Positions 1-10,900 of a stretch of 64,000 bases of DNA are shown in pieces. Under the pieces are notes generated by a model that was not told the DNA's origin, searched no databases, and worked only from the letters and a program-made list of their open reading frames with translations. The stretch is from Amphiscolops sp. MND2022 (lineage: Eukaryota). The translations under genes were made by a program, and so were the position numbers. Location: NCBI GenBank assembly GCA_964187785.1, contig OZ076415.1, positions 30,132,001 to 30,196,000 on the forward strand. Reading direction: 5' to 3'. The stretch's first letter is position 1. Every line of letters starts with the position of its first letter.

Positions 1-1
1 T

Positions 2-3000
2 GTGGGTTATCAAGGCACCCCTGAATCTCAGCGAACTGTCAAGGACATAATGGGTGATTACCCAGGATTGAAGGTAACCAACAGTGGTCCAACTGGAACC
101 CCACTCCGCAAACAGGCAATTCAACACCCAACTAAGAGGACCTTTACGAAACAACCGACGTACCTGAGTCCAATGCAAAACACAAAGGGCACACTGATCA
201 CCAAGGACTCCCGACGTATCTGGGAATCGGCAGTTATAGTATCGCCCGAATGGCTGTTTGAAAAGAACATGTGTCCTCCGAATGACGAAGAGCATGCGAA
301 ATTGAAGAAGGCGAATGTACCTGTATTCATGAATCGTCCAATCCGCCCCGACCACACCCCTACCAATGAGCCGCCATGGCTAGGGAAGGCAATGAAAATG
401 CTGCCAAACGTAGAAGACAATTACTTGGACGCCCTCAACATTGACCTTCGTGGGCAATTCGCTGACCGATATTTCCTCAATGCTGGAGAGACCTTCGAGG
501 TCAACCCACGGTACGCCCGTGACCTCGAAGCCCAGCTACCAATGCCAAAAGAAAGGTTGCAGCGTGCGCGCTTCGCCTTACTTATAGACTCGACCTTCCT
601 CAAAAATATCCCCATTGACAATGTGCCGTCAGACGTGATGGTCTTCACTCTACCGCTGTCACGTATTCCTGAGATGGCTGAAGTGTTGGTCACCATGTTT
701 GACCCTGAGATGACGGGGACCTTCAAAGAGCCACCCCCACGCAGAGTAATCATCAGTAACGTTTTTGATCACATGGCCTGTGAAGGACTAATGGCCCAGA
801 TCGCGAACGTTGAAGTCATAAATCCAACTCCAGCACAGCGAACAACAGTACGCAACGCAGCACTGAACATGGCCCGAGCCATGGAAAAAAACCCAAAATA
901 TCTTGAAGGATAAACTCAACGTGCCAGTCCTGTTTGTAACACCCCCAGGTTTCTGCCAGTGGCCTCCCGCCTTGCAGAGATTTATCTACATGGTAACAGA
1001 AATTTGCAAATGTAGAGAAATAGACTTTGCGATCTGCGCGCCCAATATGCGGATCAGCTCCAACGACTTTCGTCCCTCCTGGCTTTCCTACATGGGGTAT
1101 GTTGCCTCAGTGTCCAAAGTGCTACAGTCAGTGGAAAAGACAGGGAACGCGCAGCTGACAATCGATGATGCCATCTATTTTGATCACGGCACTCGTATGG
1201 GCTTGCTAGTATTCAACAACAAGGGAGAAAGGCGAGTCCCAGAACCTAGTACGGCTGAATGTGAGGCAATCCGCCTGAATAACTGGTTAGAGCGCGCGCG
1301 CTCCTCCGGTGGAAAGACTTGCATTAAAACTGATCTTGCGGAAGTCACTGCCATAATGAGCAAAGTCCCTAGCGACCGAGAAGTAGAACGAGCCATCCCG
1401 CGAGTTCAGTTTGCCCAGGACCTCACAATTGACCAATTATCACTGGGAATGAAGTATATTGCTGCAAAATTGACGAGCGAGACTCAGGCTGAAATCCAAA
1501 CCTTCAGCAGCAGCTACGACGCTTGGTACCAGCGGCTGCAAACTACCACCGTAGCAGACATTGCAAAAGAACTTGGGATGTCAACCGACCAATATGCCAT
1601 CTGTTTGGGATTGGGTTGGAGTCCAGATGTTATTCGGGTTGAGTTCGACTTAGACGAGCACTGGTTGATCGAAATCAGCAAGATTATCGGTACCATGCAA
1701 GTAAACGAACTCTTTGCACTGATGCTCACTTTCGGGCAGAAACGCTTCGTAGCTGGCCCAATGATGATATTGACCGACCTGGTTACCGAGTGTAATCTGG
1801 AATGGCTATTTTCATATTTAGTGATTGCGCGAGGGAATATCTCAGGCCTCACCGCCTTAGCCAAGCTGCTACAACGAAAAGACGCTCAGGATTATTCCGC
1901 TCACCTGGAGCGCATGACAACTTCGTTATATCACTGGATATACTGCAGTCTGGTCTTTGCCTCGGGACTTTTCGTGGGCGTAGATAAGCACCAACCATTA
2001 TATGACGGACGTCAGCTGGTGACCGAGGTAGCTGGATTTCTGACACCTAACCAGCTGGCAGATTTCACTTTGGCTGAAGTCGAAGACCTTGTACCGGTGT
2101 TAGCACCCGTGCTAACCCCGATATTTGGCCCAACCGGGATACTTCGCTATCCCACCAAGCCTCTGCGACTGGCCTCGGAGACACTAACAGTATCCATCCT
2201 GACTTTTCTGAAGAATGTAAAACCGCACAACTATCAGCAGATGCTTGAACGTGGGCTGTTTCTGCTAGTACCCCGCATGTATACCACCATAAAGAACGAA
2301 ACGCAGCAAGACGAAAACCTGGCCGGTATTCTCAAAGCCCGGACAAAGAAGGCGTGCCCTTTACCTCGCGAATACGGCCCGGTGAATTGGTACAATTCGC
2401 CCCTAGATCACCTTGGAATCCCACAGCGATTCAATTGGAGTTTCGCACACCTCAGGAAGTACGTGACCGAATGCGTACAAACCATGGGCGGTCACACAAA
2501 TCAGGAGTATAACTTTCAGATGATCAAGCTTCCAGCCAGGTACTGGCGAGGACCCATCGGTTATGTCCGGGCTAAGCCAATCAGCATGGTCGAGAAGGGC
2601 TTTGATGAGCAGTACGCCTATCGCGATCACTACAAACTAGGCGTGTGGATGTCAAGGACCCTGGAGGAACGCCAAGGGCGCCTAAAAGGCTTGATCATCC
2701 CCCCACTGACAATGCCTGTTTGGAATCCAGAGGCGAGGGTCACTATGGGAAGCGACATGCCAGCGGAGACCTGCTACCACGTCATGGAACTGCTGAGTGA
2801 TCCCCTCGGACCCGAATGGGAAGCCTCCAGGCAAATTATAGAACATGCAAACAGGGACAACTGGTCCAGAGCCTGCGGGCTCTGGGGCCGACCTGATCTA
2901 CGCCCGAAACTCAGTGCCAAGCAGAAACGACCCATTGCCACCCGCAATAGACCGCTAGATCTACCACACCTGTTTAATGCCAGTAGATTAGATGTGCAGA

Positions 3001-3266
3001 TCCCAACCTCCATGTCGACCACAAGTTCTGCCAATGTTAGCGGCTCAGCCAATGCAGCGCAAGAACATTCGCCAGAAGTCTCAACTCCCGTAACTGCAGA
3101 AAATGACCCTGATGGCTCAAACACGACTCCCAGGACCCATGAAACTGCCAGCGCCGAACCAAGGCCAGTCCTGCGAGAAGGAAATGTGCGAAGAGGATCC
3201 CTGTCCGAACCACAACCGAAAGCCGACGTCTCTCCCAGAGCGCGTCACTTCTCCGCCACCCAGTAA
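2..3266 (+). pseudogene. Large accessory ORF of LTR element A (~1,090 aa if fused, 5'-open); central SGNH/GDSL-like fold; one frameshift near nt 885-891
   Basis: ORF 2..913 and ORF 903..3266 join as MEKTQNILKDKLNVP if one A is removed from the A7 run (ATGGAAAAAAACCC). SGNH-like blocks: LLIDS, VFTLPLSRI, VIISNVFD, LFVTPP, NDFRPSWLSY. Followed by PPT and LTR. Confidence 0.6.
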
Positions 3267-4277
3267 AACAAACCTAACATTGTTGCCATTCTATTTCAAA
3301 CTTCAATAGTCCTGTGCTAAATGAACCTTTGCGAAACCTCATGGTTTTAACCACTGTTGTTGCTAAACTTCGATTTTAGAAGTGCCAATTTGTCATGGGT
3401 AAAAATCTCCAAGTGGAGATGAAGCCCCCGGGCTTCATCCTCCTCATTATTCCGTTTTGGGACCGGCAACCCAACCATGAAACTGCGCCTTTGCCTTGCC
3501 TTAGTTAGATGCAATATTCAGTTTGCAATTTGTGTTTGCAGTTAGTGCTTTTTCAAGCTACCTTATGCTACCATATGGATGCGCTGTGCGCACTCCGTGC
3601 TCTGAATTTTCGGTGCTATTACACCCTTTTAGTTACTAGTTATTGTTTACACTGTTGCTATTGTCGAAAAAGACAAAAGGAAAAAAATGAAGGAAAAGGA
3701 AACAAAAGGAGAGAGATGAGAAATGGATAGAATAAAAAGAAGAATAGACCTCAACCATTTTTTTGAGTTACCTGATAGGATCGAGAGTAAGTCTCGCAAA
3801 AGAAATTTTAAATTGACCGTACTTATTGGTTGATTTTATGGCAACTGCTTATCAAAAGAACTTTTATCAAACGCCAAGCAGTGCGAAGCTCCCGAGCTTC
3901 GGAAAATAAATTTTGAACTGTCATGTGATGGTCGTTGACCTTAAAACAAGTTTTAACACTAACGGCGATAAAAACTTTTTTTGTACGAAAGGCCGAAAAG
4001 AAATTTTAACGCCTGAATTGCTCACGACAGGCTACAAAAAGTAATAACCTTGCCGTATAAGAATTGTATACGAAGTTGTATTGATTTGATCAAAATGCAG
4101 CAACGCTGGGTCAAAAACACTTCCACGAGGCCAACTTGACGACGTCGCAATGAACTGCCCAGCGCTACTTGATGTGCACTCTACCTCCTCAGTGGGACAT
4201 AGATGACCCTGGGTAAAGACTCGATGATGCCAACCCACACTTGACGGGGACGTCAAGACTAGACCCCGGGGAGTGTA

Positions 4278-5138
4278 TGTAGCGATTACCTATCGAATAT
4301 ATGATTTCGAAAATTTCGATGAAAATTTCGTTCAAGGGACTATATCCCCTCTACTGAAAAGTCATATTCCGCTGGACGGCAGCGTGTCTTTATTCAAATA
4401 CCTGCCCACAGAATTGAAGAGAATTTGAGCAGAAGACTCGAGAGAGACCCCAACCGAACGAGAAGACTGCAGAAAAACACGGCCGCTGTCAGAAAAAGAC
4501 TCAAATTTCTGTCAAAACGGACTGAACTTTGTTCTAGCCAGTGCTTTCTTCAGCGAAGCGTTACAAGACGCTGTGATTACCGAAAATGAGTCAATTGGCT
4601 TGACCAAGCATCCGTGCTTGTGTCCTCGGCTAATTGCTGCCTCAAAAGTGCTAATTATGTAGTAATTTTCGTATTTTCTTGTTGTAACAGCTCGTGAGCT
4701 ACTTACTTCGATTTCCTGTGTAACTTCGAAAAAACTTGATTTTTCCTTTCCACCACTTGCATTTTTTAAAGGCTGTCTAAGTGTTGGTTTCGAAGAAAAA
4801 GCGTAATGCGCACTACTGATAGCAATTACAGACTGGATCAGGCCGGCGAGCACTTCACAAGAAGCGGAATCCTCCTCTGACGGGACATTTCTTACCCGAA
4901 GGAGGCAAAATGGACTCATGGCCATGGGCGCCTGTCCCGGGCAAATACCCATGCCATGTGTTCCTCCTGCTCTTATGGTTACGGCGACAATGGTGAGAGC
5001 TTGTCGTTACACAGTGTTCAATCAATAGTCGGCTTGAAGCTGTTGTTTCAAATAGACCCGCTCGAGGTCTCAGAATTCTCACAGCTTAGTGTAGCATCGT
5101 CACTGGTCATGTCTTAGTGTTATGACCATACCGCTAGA
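4278..5138 (+). repeat. Putative 3' LTR of element A (~860 bp)
   Basis: Starts TGTAGCG just after the PPT; ends CGCTAGA (one mismatch to the expected CGCTACA). Confidence 0.5.
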
Positions 5139-5280
5139 CTAGCGTTGAAAGACTTGTCCAAGGCCCAATAATAACCTTTCCTTTCCAATGATGAGCTGAG
5201 AGATATCAGGATCACGAAACTTGACCAAAAATGACGTCACAGAATTTGATTTAAAAATTTGCACCGGTAACGTTTTGTAC

Positions 5281-5417
5281 CTGGTTGAACTGGACGTCGG
5301 CATCCACGATGTTGAGTGCAGTCTGGAGCAGATCTTCGTCCAGAAAGGGAGACAGGCCACAGAGCAGCACGTATCCCATGCAACCCAGAGACCAGATGTC
5401 AGAGGCAGACGAAACAA
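5281..5417 (-). CDS. trio: Trio/Kalirin-like exon: kinase subdomains IX-X ([12 protein letters not shown]...DADVQFNQ)
   Basis: ttgcag| acceptor, |gtacaa donor; 137 nt, phase 1 to phase 0. Confidence 0.9.
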
Positions 5418-7902
5418 CTGCAATCAGACCAGTTTGTTTGACAAGAAAAAAGAATGACAAAAAAGTTTGGAGCTGGTAAAAAGACACTGAATTCCTTGTT
5501 TAAAATCATATACAATGAACGATTTTAAAAAGGTAGTGTAACAATAATAATTTAAAAAACAAACAAAAAAACAGTTTAAACACATGGGTCAAGAGTAGTT
5601 AGGGCATAGGGTGAAAATATTTCATGAACGAATGAATTTTTTTCAACGGTTTATCCGCTTATCGATATTCAGGATATTGTTTGTATAAATTCGAACTCAG
5701 GTGAGACAGTTCCGCACGTATCTCTTTGAACCGAAACGTTTTCGAAGTAAAAAAGATTCGTGTAAAATTTTCAGAAAACAAATTGTTCGAAAAAACTTCA
5801 TAAGAACGTTGAATTGCGAAAAATAGACGATATTTTACAGCTAGCTGAAGGCATTTGTGGTAAATGGTGAAAACACAGATTTTAAAATGGTAGAGAAGCT
5901 TATTTTGGATTAGAAGCAAATTTGATCACAAATTTTTACAAGAAAGAACCCCTTTCCACATTTTGAACCTCACCAAAAAAACTAAAACCATGAGTCAATT
6001 GCTCCTAGCCCAACTTTTCCACAGCAAATCCAATGGAAGTGGGCCCCAAATAAAAAAGACATACCTTTTCCACAAATAATTTCGGGTGCCTTGAATTCGA
6101 AGTTGCCGTAAACTGGTGCTATGTAATTGGTGGCTGATCCATCAAATATGCTGACTGCTTCTCCAAAGTCACATATAATTAACCTATATACCAAAAACTT
6201 GAAATGAATTGAAGTGAAGTGATGAAAGCTAGTCTAATGAATTTTTGCCCATTTGACATACGACAAGGTCGAAATACTGGATGAATTCTTAAATTATGTA
6301 ATAATGCGCCATCTTTCTTCACGTTGGTGGACTTTCACAATTTTTAAAACGTCCTGAAAGATTTTCAAAACATTTTATGAGTGTAGATTTTAATAATTTT
6401 TGGTGATAACCGAATTCATATTGAGATTATATGCGCGATAGAAATACTTCGAAAAATCAAATCAATTTTCATTTACGTTTTCTTCAGGGTGTATAGATGA
6501 AATGTACTCAAATTATAACGAAGCATTGGTGAAATAATTACTCTGATAAGTTCACATACCTTGTTTCCTCGGAAACCAGAACATTTTCCGGTTTCAGATC
6601 CAGGTGTAAGATGCCCACGGAGTGTATAAATGATACCCCAGCTAGTAACTGCTGCATGAAATTCCGGGCTATGTATTCTGTGTACCTCCCGTTCAAGGTT
6701 CCAGTTATGAAGTTCAGCATCTGCAGCTTCGAGTAATTCGGCATGACCAAAATAAAGCACGATTCATCTTCGAATGCTTGCAGAATTTTACAAGTATAAG
6801 GAGACCTACAACCATGTTTTGCTATCACCCACAAAATACTCAACTTTCATTTATTCTGGAGAAAGTAATGAGTTCAATTTTTTAAACCATATGCGTGAAA
6901 AAAATATAATCTGTGCAAGTTGAAACAATCAAATAGTTAACCCCCTAGCACGTTAAACTCAGATTATTCGTAAGTGGTTTTTAAAATACCTTCATGAAGC
7001 ATGATTTCTGGTCTTTTTGTAAAATTCACACCTATCAACCGAGGAGAGGTACGTTCCGCAGGTGCAGGGTTACAGACCCAAAAGTTCTGAGATACTCACA
7101 AATCCCGTTGGTGATAAGAGGTTGCTTACTAGAGTAATTCGGGGTAAACCAATCCGCCGAAGTTACCCGAAGAAAACCTATGGAGAATGTCCTCAGTCCA
7201 CTGGGTTTTTGTACCCACTTGTAAAAATACTCTTGCGACTGTTGACGGAAAAATATTTAAACTAAATCGACCGAGGGAGTCACTCTGTCCCTTACGATTG
7301 AGTGCGTGGGTCTCAGATCACTATCAGGCAGACACTCGGGGTTTTTCACTAGATTTCTAGGTTTCTACACTCGGTATGTTACATAGGTTCCAAGATTACC
7401 ACTGGGCTCACAACTTTCAACCAGTCTCCGAAAAGACCTAACCGGGCTTCTACTTAATGTGTTCCTTCGGACCAGAGTGAGTTTTCCAATCTTAGTTTTA
7501 CTACAACGTTATTACAACTCTCGGACCCAATGCAAACGGGTTGCTTTTCGTGCAAGAGACTTTGAATGTTCCCAGGTAGCTCGATGCTACGACCCAATGC
7601 TACTAGGTCACGGATACCGTTTAATTGAAAAAAGCGACTGCTTCGATTTTGATTGGGACTGACTGGAGTCCCTTAGTATATTTTCTGGGAAAATGTTCGT
7701 CTTGAGCTAATGAGCTAACTATGAAAAAAGAGAGAGCGGGTCCTCTGCAAACGGACCAAAAGCAATCCGCCTAACTCTTACAGAAATTGGCAACACTTCA
7801 ATGAGAGGGAAAATGCTTACACGTCCAATAACTCATTGATACACTAACACCACCAGAGAGAGTGGATCTCGATCGTCTCCGCTGCTTGAGCAGCGTGGGA
7901 AA

Positions 7903-7945
<43 letters not shown>

Positions 7946-10900
7946 AGAAAACAGTTAGAGAGTTTTGGATCCACTTTGTGGGTGTCGTGACTTCGTGAAA
8001 GGGGGGTATCGTCCGCTTCTGCTCTTATTTTTCTTGTGATTTTCAGGTCAATAATTGCCGGTATTTATACTCCGTTTGCGGTATTTTTGGATCGGTTATC
8101 AGTCGCGTGTTCATACAGTTGTCGAGAAATTTGGTAAGTTGAGATTAATTTTGTTTTATTTCATGGTTTTGAATTTGAGAAACTTAACACAATCGGAACA
8201 TTTTGTCACGATCAAATTTGTCCAGTACATAAGCAATTGATATATTGTGACGTTCTTCCTTGTAATAGGTTTGAGTTTTTGTCTCCGTAGATATTCATTT
8301 TGCCATTATTGAGAACGCTTTCATCAAAATCTAGTTAGTAGTTTCATCTTATATTATTCATGCAATTAGGTTGTTTTATCAATCTCACACTTTTGATGCA
8401 AAGACGAGTGCTTTAAACATTCTAAAAATTGGTTGCGTACAAGACATAGGACAAAAAGCGTTTCGCATAACATAATTATAATCGTTTACACCTGATGTTG
8501 AAATGCGAAATGAAAAAATCGGTCAATCTTTATCTGAGGCGAAGCGAAATCAATTCTTGAGTAGCAAATCTGAAGAAAATGAAAGTATCAGGAAAATCTG
8601 ACATTTAGGAAGCAATGGTCCTCTCTCTAACGCAGAGGTCTGACCTACAATAGACGAATTTCAGTAAGTTCTTTTATATTCGAGTTTTTTGAAAAATCTT
8701 TCTGAACAGAAGAATTCCGTTTGAAACATAGAATGGGGGAAATAGCAAAAAGATGTACCGATGAAGTAGAAACATGACTTCACACTCCATTTCGACTGCA
8801 TTTCTGCTCAGTAGCTGTTTACTCACAAATTTGGCAGCAAAAAGGTCCCCAGAAAACTTCTGTCGAGCAAGTTTGACCTTTGAAAACCTGCCTCTGGAAA
8901 TTTCTGAATCGATGTCGTAAAAGTAGGAAAAATCTTGGATGAATTTGATCGTTGAATTTTCCAGGGGTGTTGAAGGGGCAGATTTGGGTACCAATCCAGG
9001 GCTCCGGTTTCGATCTGAGCCTTTTGGGGTCGAGGAACCAGTTGAGCTGAGACGTTTCTTTAAAGCACCTGGCAGAGATCGGATTTCGTCGTGAAACTTT
9101 AAAATTTAAAATTTATGGATCTGGTTCATTTTGAATTCAATCGTTTTTATTAAAGTTGCAATGAAGTCGAATAGCTTTTTGAGAAGCACTTTGTAAAAAG
9201 AGGTAAAGGGAAATGGAAGACGATCAATAAAATATTAAACTATGAGGCGAAATGAAGTCATAACTTCTGATACCGGCTGTCTCAAAAATGATTTTAGCAA
9301 AATCAACTGGAGATAATGAACTGGGCTCTTAACTGTTTAGATTTTGGTTCATCAAGTTTCAAATTTTTCACCAACGTTTTTATTAAATATACTTATCCAA
9401 AATTATTCAACAGTCTCTAAATTAGTTTAAAAGGAAATATCAATTTTGATTGTTCTGCATTTTCTGCATCCAATTTTCACCATTTTTAAGCTACTTCAAA
9501 CTCTGGCAACAAAAACCGGTCTCTGGTACCTGGGGTGTTCATAGGTATAGTGTATAGATTTGATTGAGGTCCAGTGGACGAGAAGCCAGCCGAGTTGTGA
9601 GATACGACTCGGAATATGCACTCGGATCCAGGTTTCAACTTGGTCACTTCGAACTCGTTGTTGCGAACATTCGTCTCAGCGATCAACTCGAAATTGCCCG
9701 CTTTAGTATTGTAGGATTCGATTGTATAATGCGTTATGGGATAAGCTCCTCTGCAAAAATCAACTTCACATTATAACCTATAGAACTTAGAAATTATATT
9801 GGCACCGCACGACATCAACCAATGGATGTTGTAAAAACAACTGGAGCAACTTTTAACAACGTTACTTGAGACATTTGGGGTGAAAAATGTCTGAGGAAAA
9901 GAAAGATTCCTCTAGAAAAAACGCCGAATAGTTTGTGCTTTTTTGACTGAGAATAGTTTTCCAGGTCATCCTTCATCAAAATCAGCCTCTGGACTAGTAA
10001 AAGCACGTCCGGTCTGCATCGCTTCGCTCCTGTATTTAAGGCACTAGAGGTATGTGATCATAACTGACTACGTTATCGTAATTTCTCATTGGAGTTAAAT
10101 CAAATTCGTTTTTCAATGGGCATTTTTTATCAAGATTTTAAAAATATCAAGTATATGCCATGCAGTCCTCACTGAATTTCTTGGACAAGTTTGTACCATC
10201 TTATTGATGGAGGAAATAAACAGGGGTGCCCAAAAATTAATTGCAAATAATTGCTGCCACTTCAACGATGAAAATCAATTAATTTTAATTGCTCTTCTGA
10301 AAAATTAATTAACTGCAATTGATTGCAATTAGTTGTATCTCTACTCTACTAAATAACAACACAAATAGTAATCACAATAATGAATTCAAGCAACAATTGA
10401 TGCAACAATTTGTTCGTTCCAAAATCTTTCATTTATCTTCAGGAAAAGTTGCATCTCCAAATTCATTGGTAGCAGACTTTGACGCAAATCACCGAATGAA
10501 TATGTAGCCGAACTGAAGAATCTTTCCACCAAATTAGATGTGGGCAATATGAATTTGACGTTCATATATTGCGATCCAGCTTTTTCAATTTTTCGTTTTT
10601 TAAGAAGAGTCGCAGCAAAATCGATTGAAGTTTCACTGTTAGTGTCTGTCGGTAGATTTGAATTAGGGAGCTTTAGCAGGATAACGGCTTCTTTTTCGTT
10701 ATCAGATAGTTCGTTCTCAGAATCATTAATAATTTTGATAATCATTTTGATAATTATCAGCTTCTTGTACGAAATAACGCATAACAATATCTTTTGACGC
10801 TGGCATATTTACTAATCGCAGGCACAATGCAATCTGAAAAGCTCACACTATTTGTTTACTATGTCAACAGAAACTCATTGCCTCATTTCAAGTCAAATTG

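Larger units (their letters stand above)
1..5138 (+). mobile_element. 3' portion of LTR retrotransposon A (accessory ORF, 3' UTR, PPT, 3' LTR)
   Basis: GGGGAG purine tract at 4268-4273, then TGTA, then TGTAGCG at 4278; near-inverted end CGCTAGA at 5132-5138. The 5' LTR is outside the window, so the TSD cannot be tested. Confidence 0.55.

Noticed and set aside
880-913. A-AAA-AAC as a programmed -1 frameshift joining ORF 2..913 to ORF 903..3266
   Set aside because: Joining these frames needs a +1 shift, not -1; a homopolymer insertion (mutation or sequencing error) is simpler.
903-3266. Envelope gene of element A
   Set aside because: No signal peptide, furin site or C-terminal transmembrane anchor pattern is evident.
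3880-4050. Remnant of an integrase C-terminus (SAKLPSF...IAHDRLQK)
   Set aside because: Only two short motifs in different frames; too degenerate to support.
4512-5082. Minus-strand ORFs of 146 and 75 aa
   Set aside because: They lie within the putative LTR and have no recognisable motifs.
5139-5220. Terminal kinase exon FRDPDISQLIIG...VFQR*
   Set aside because: In phase, but it bears no resemblance to kinase subdomain XI; not called as an exon.
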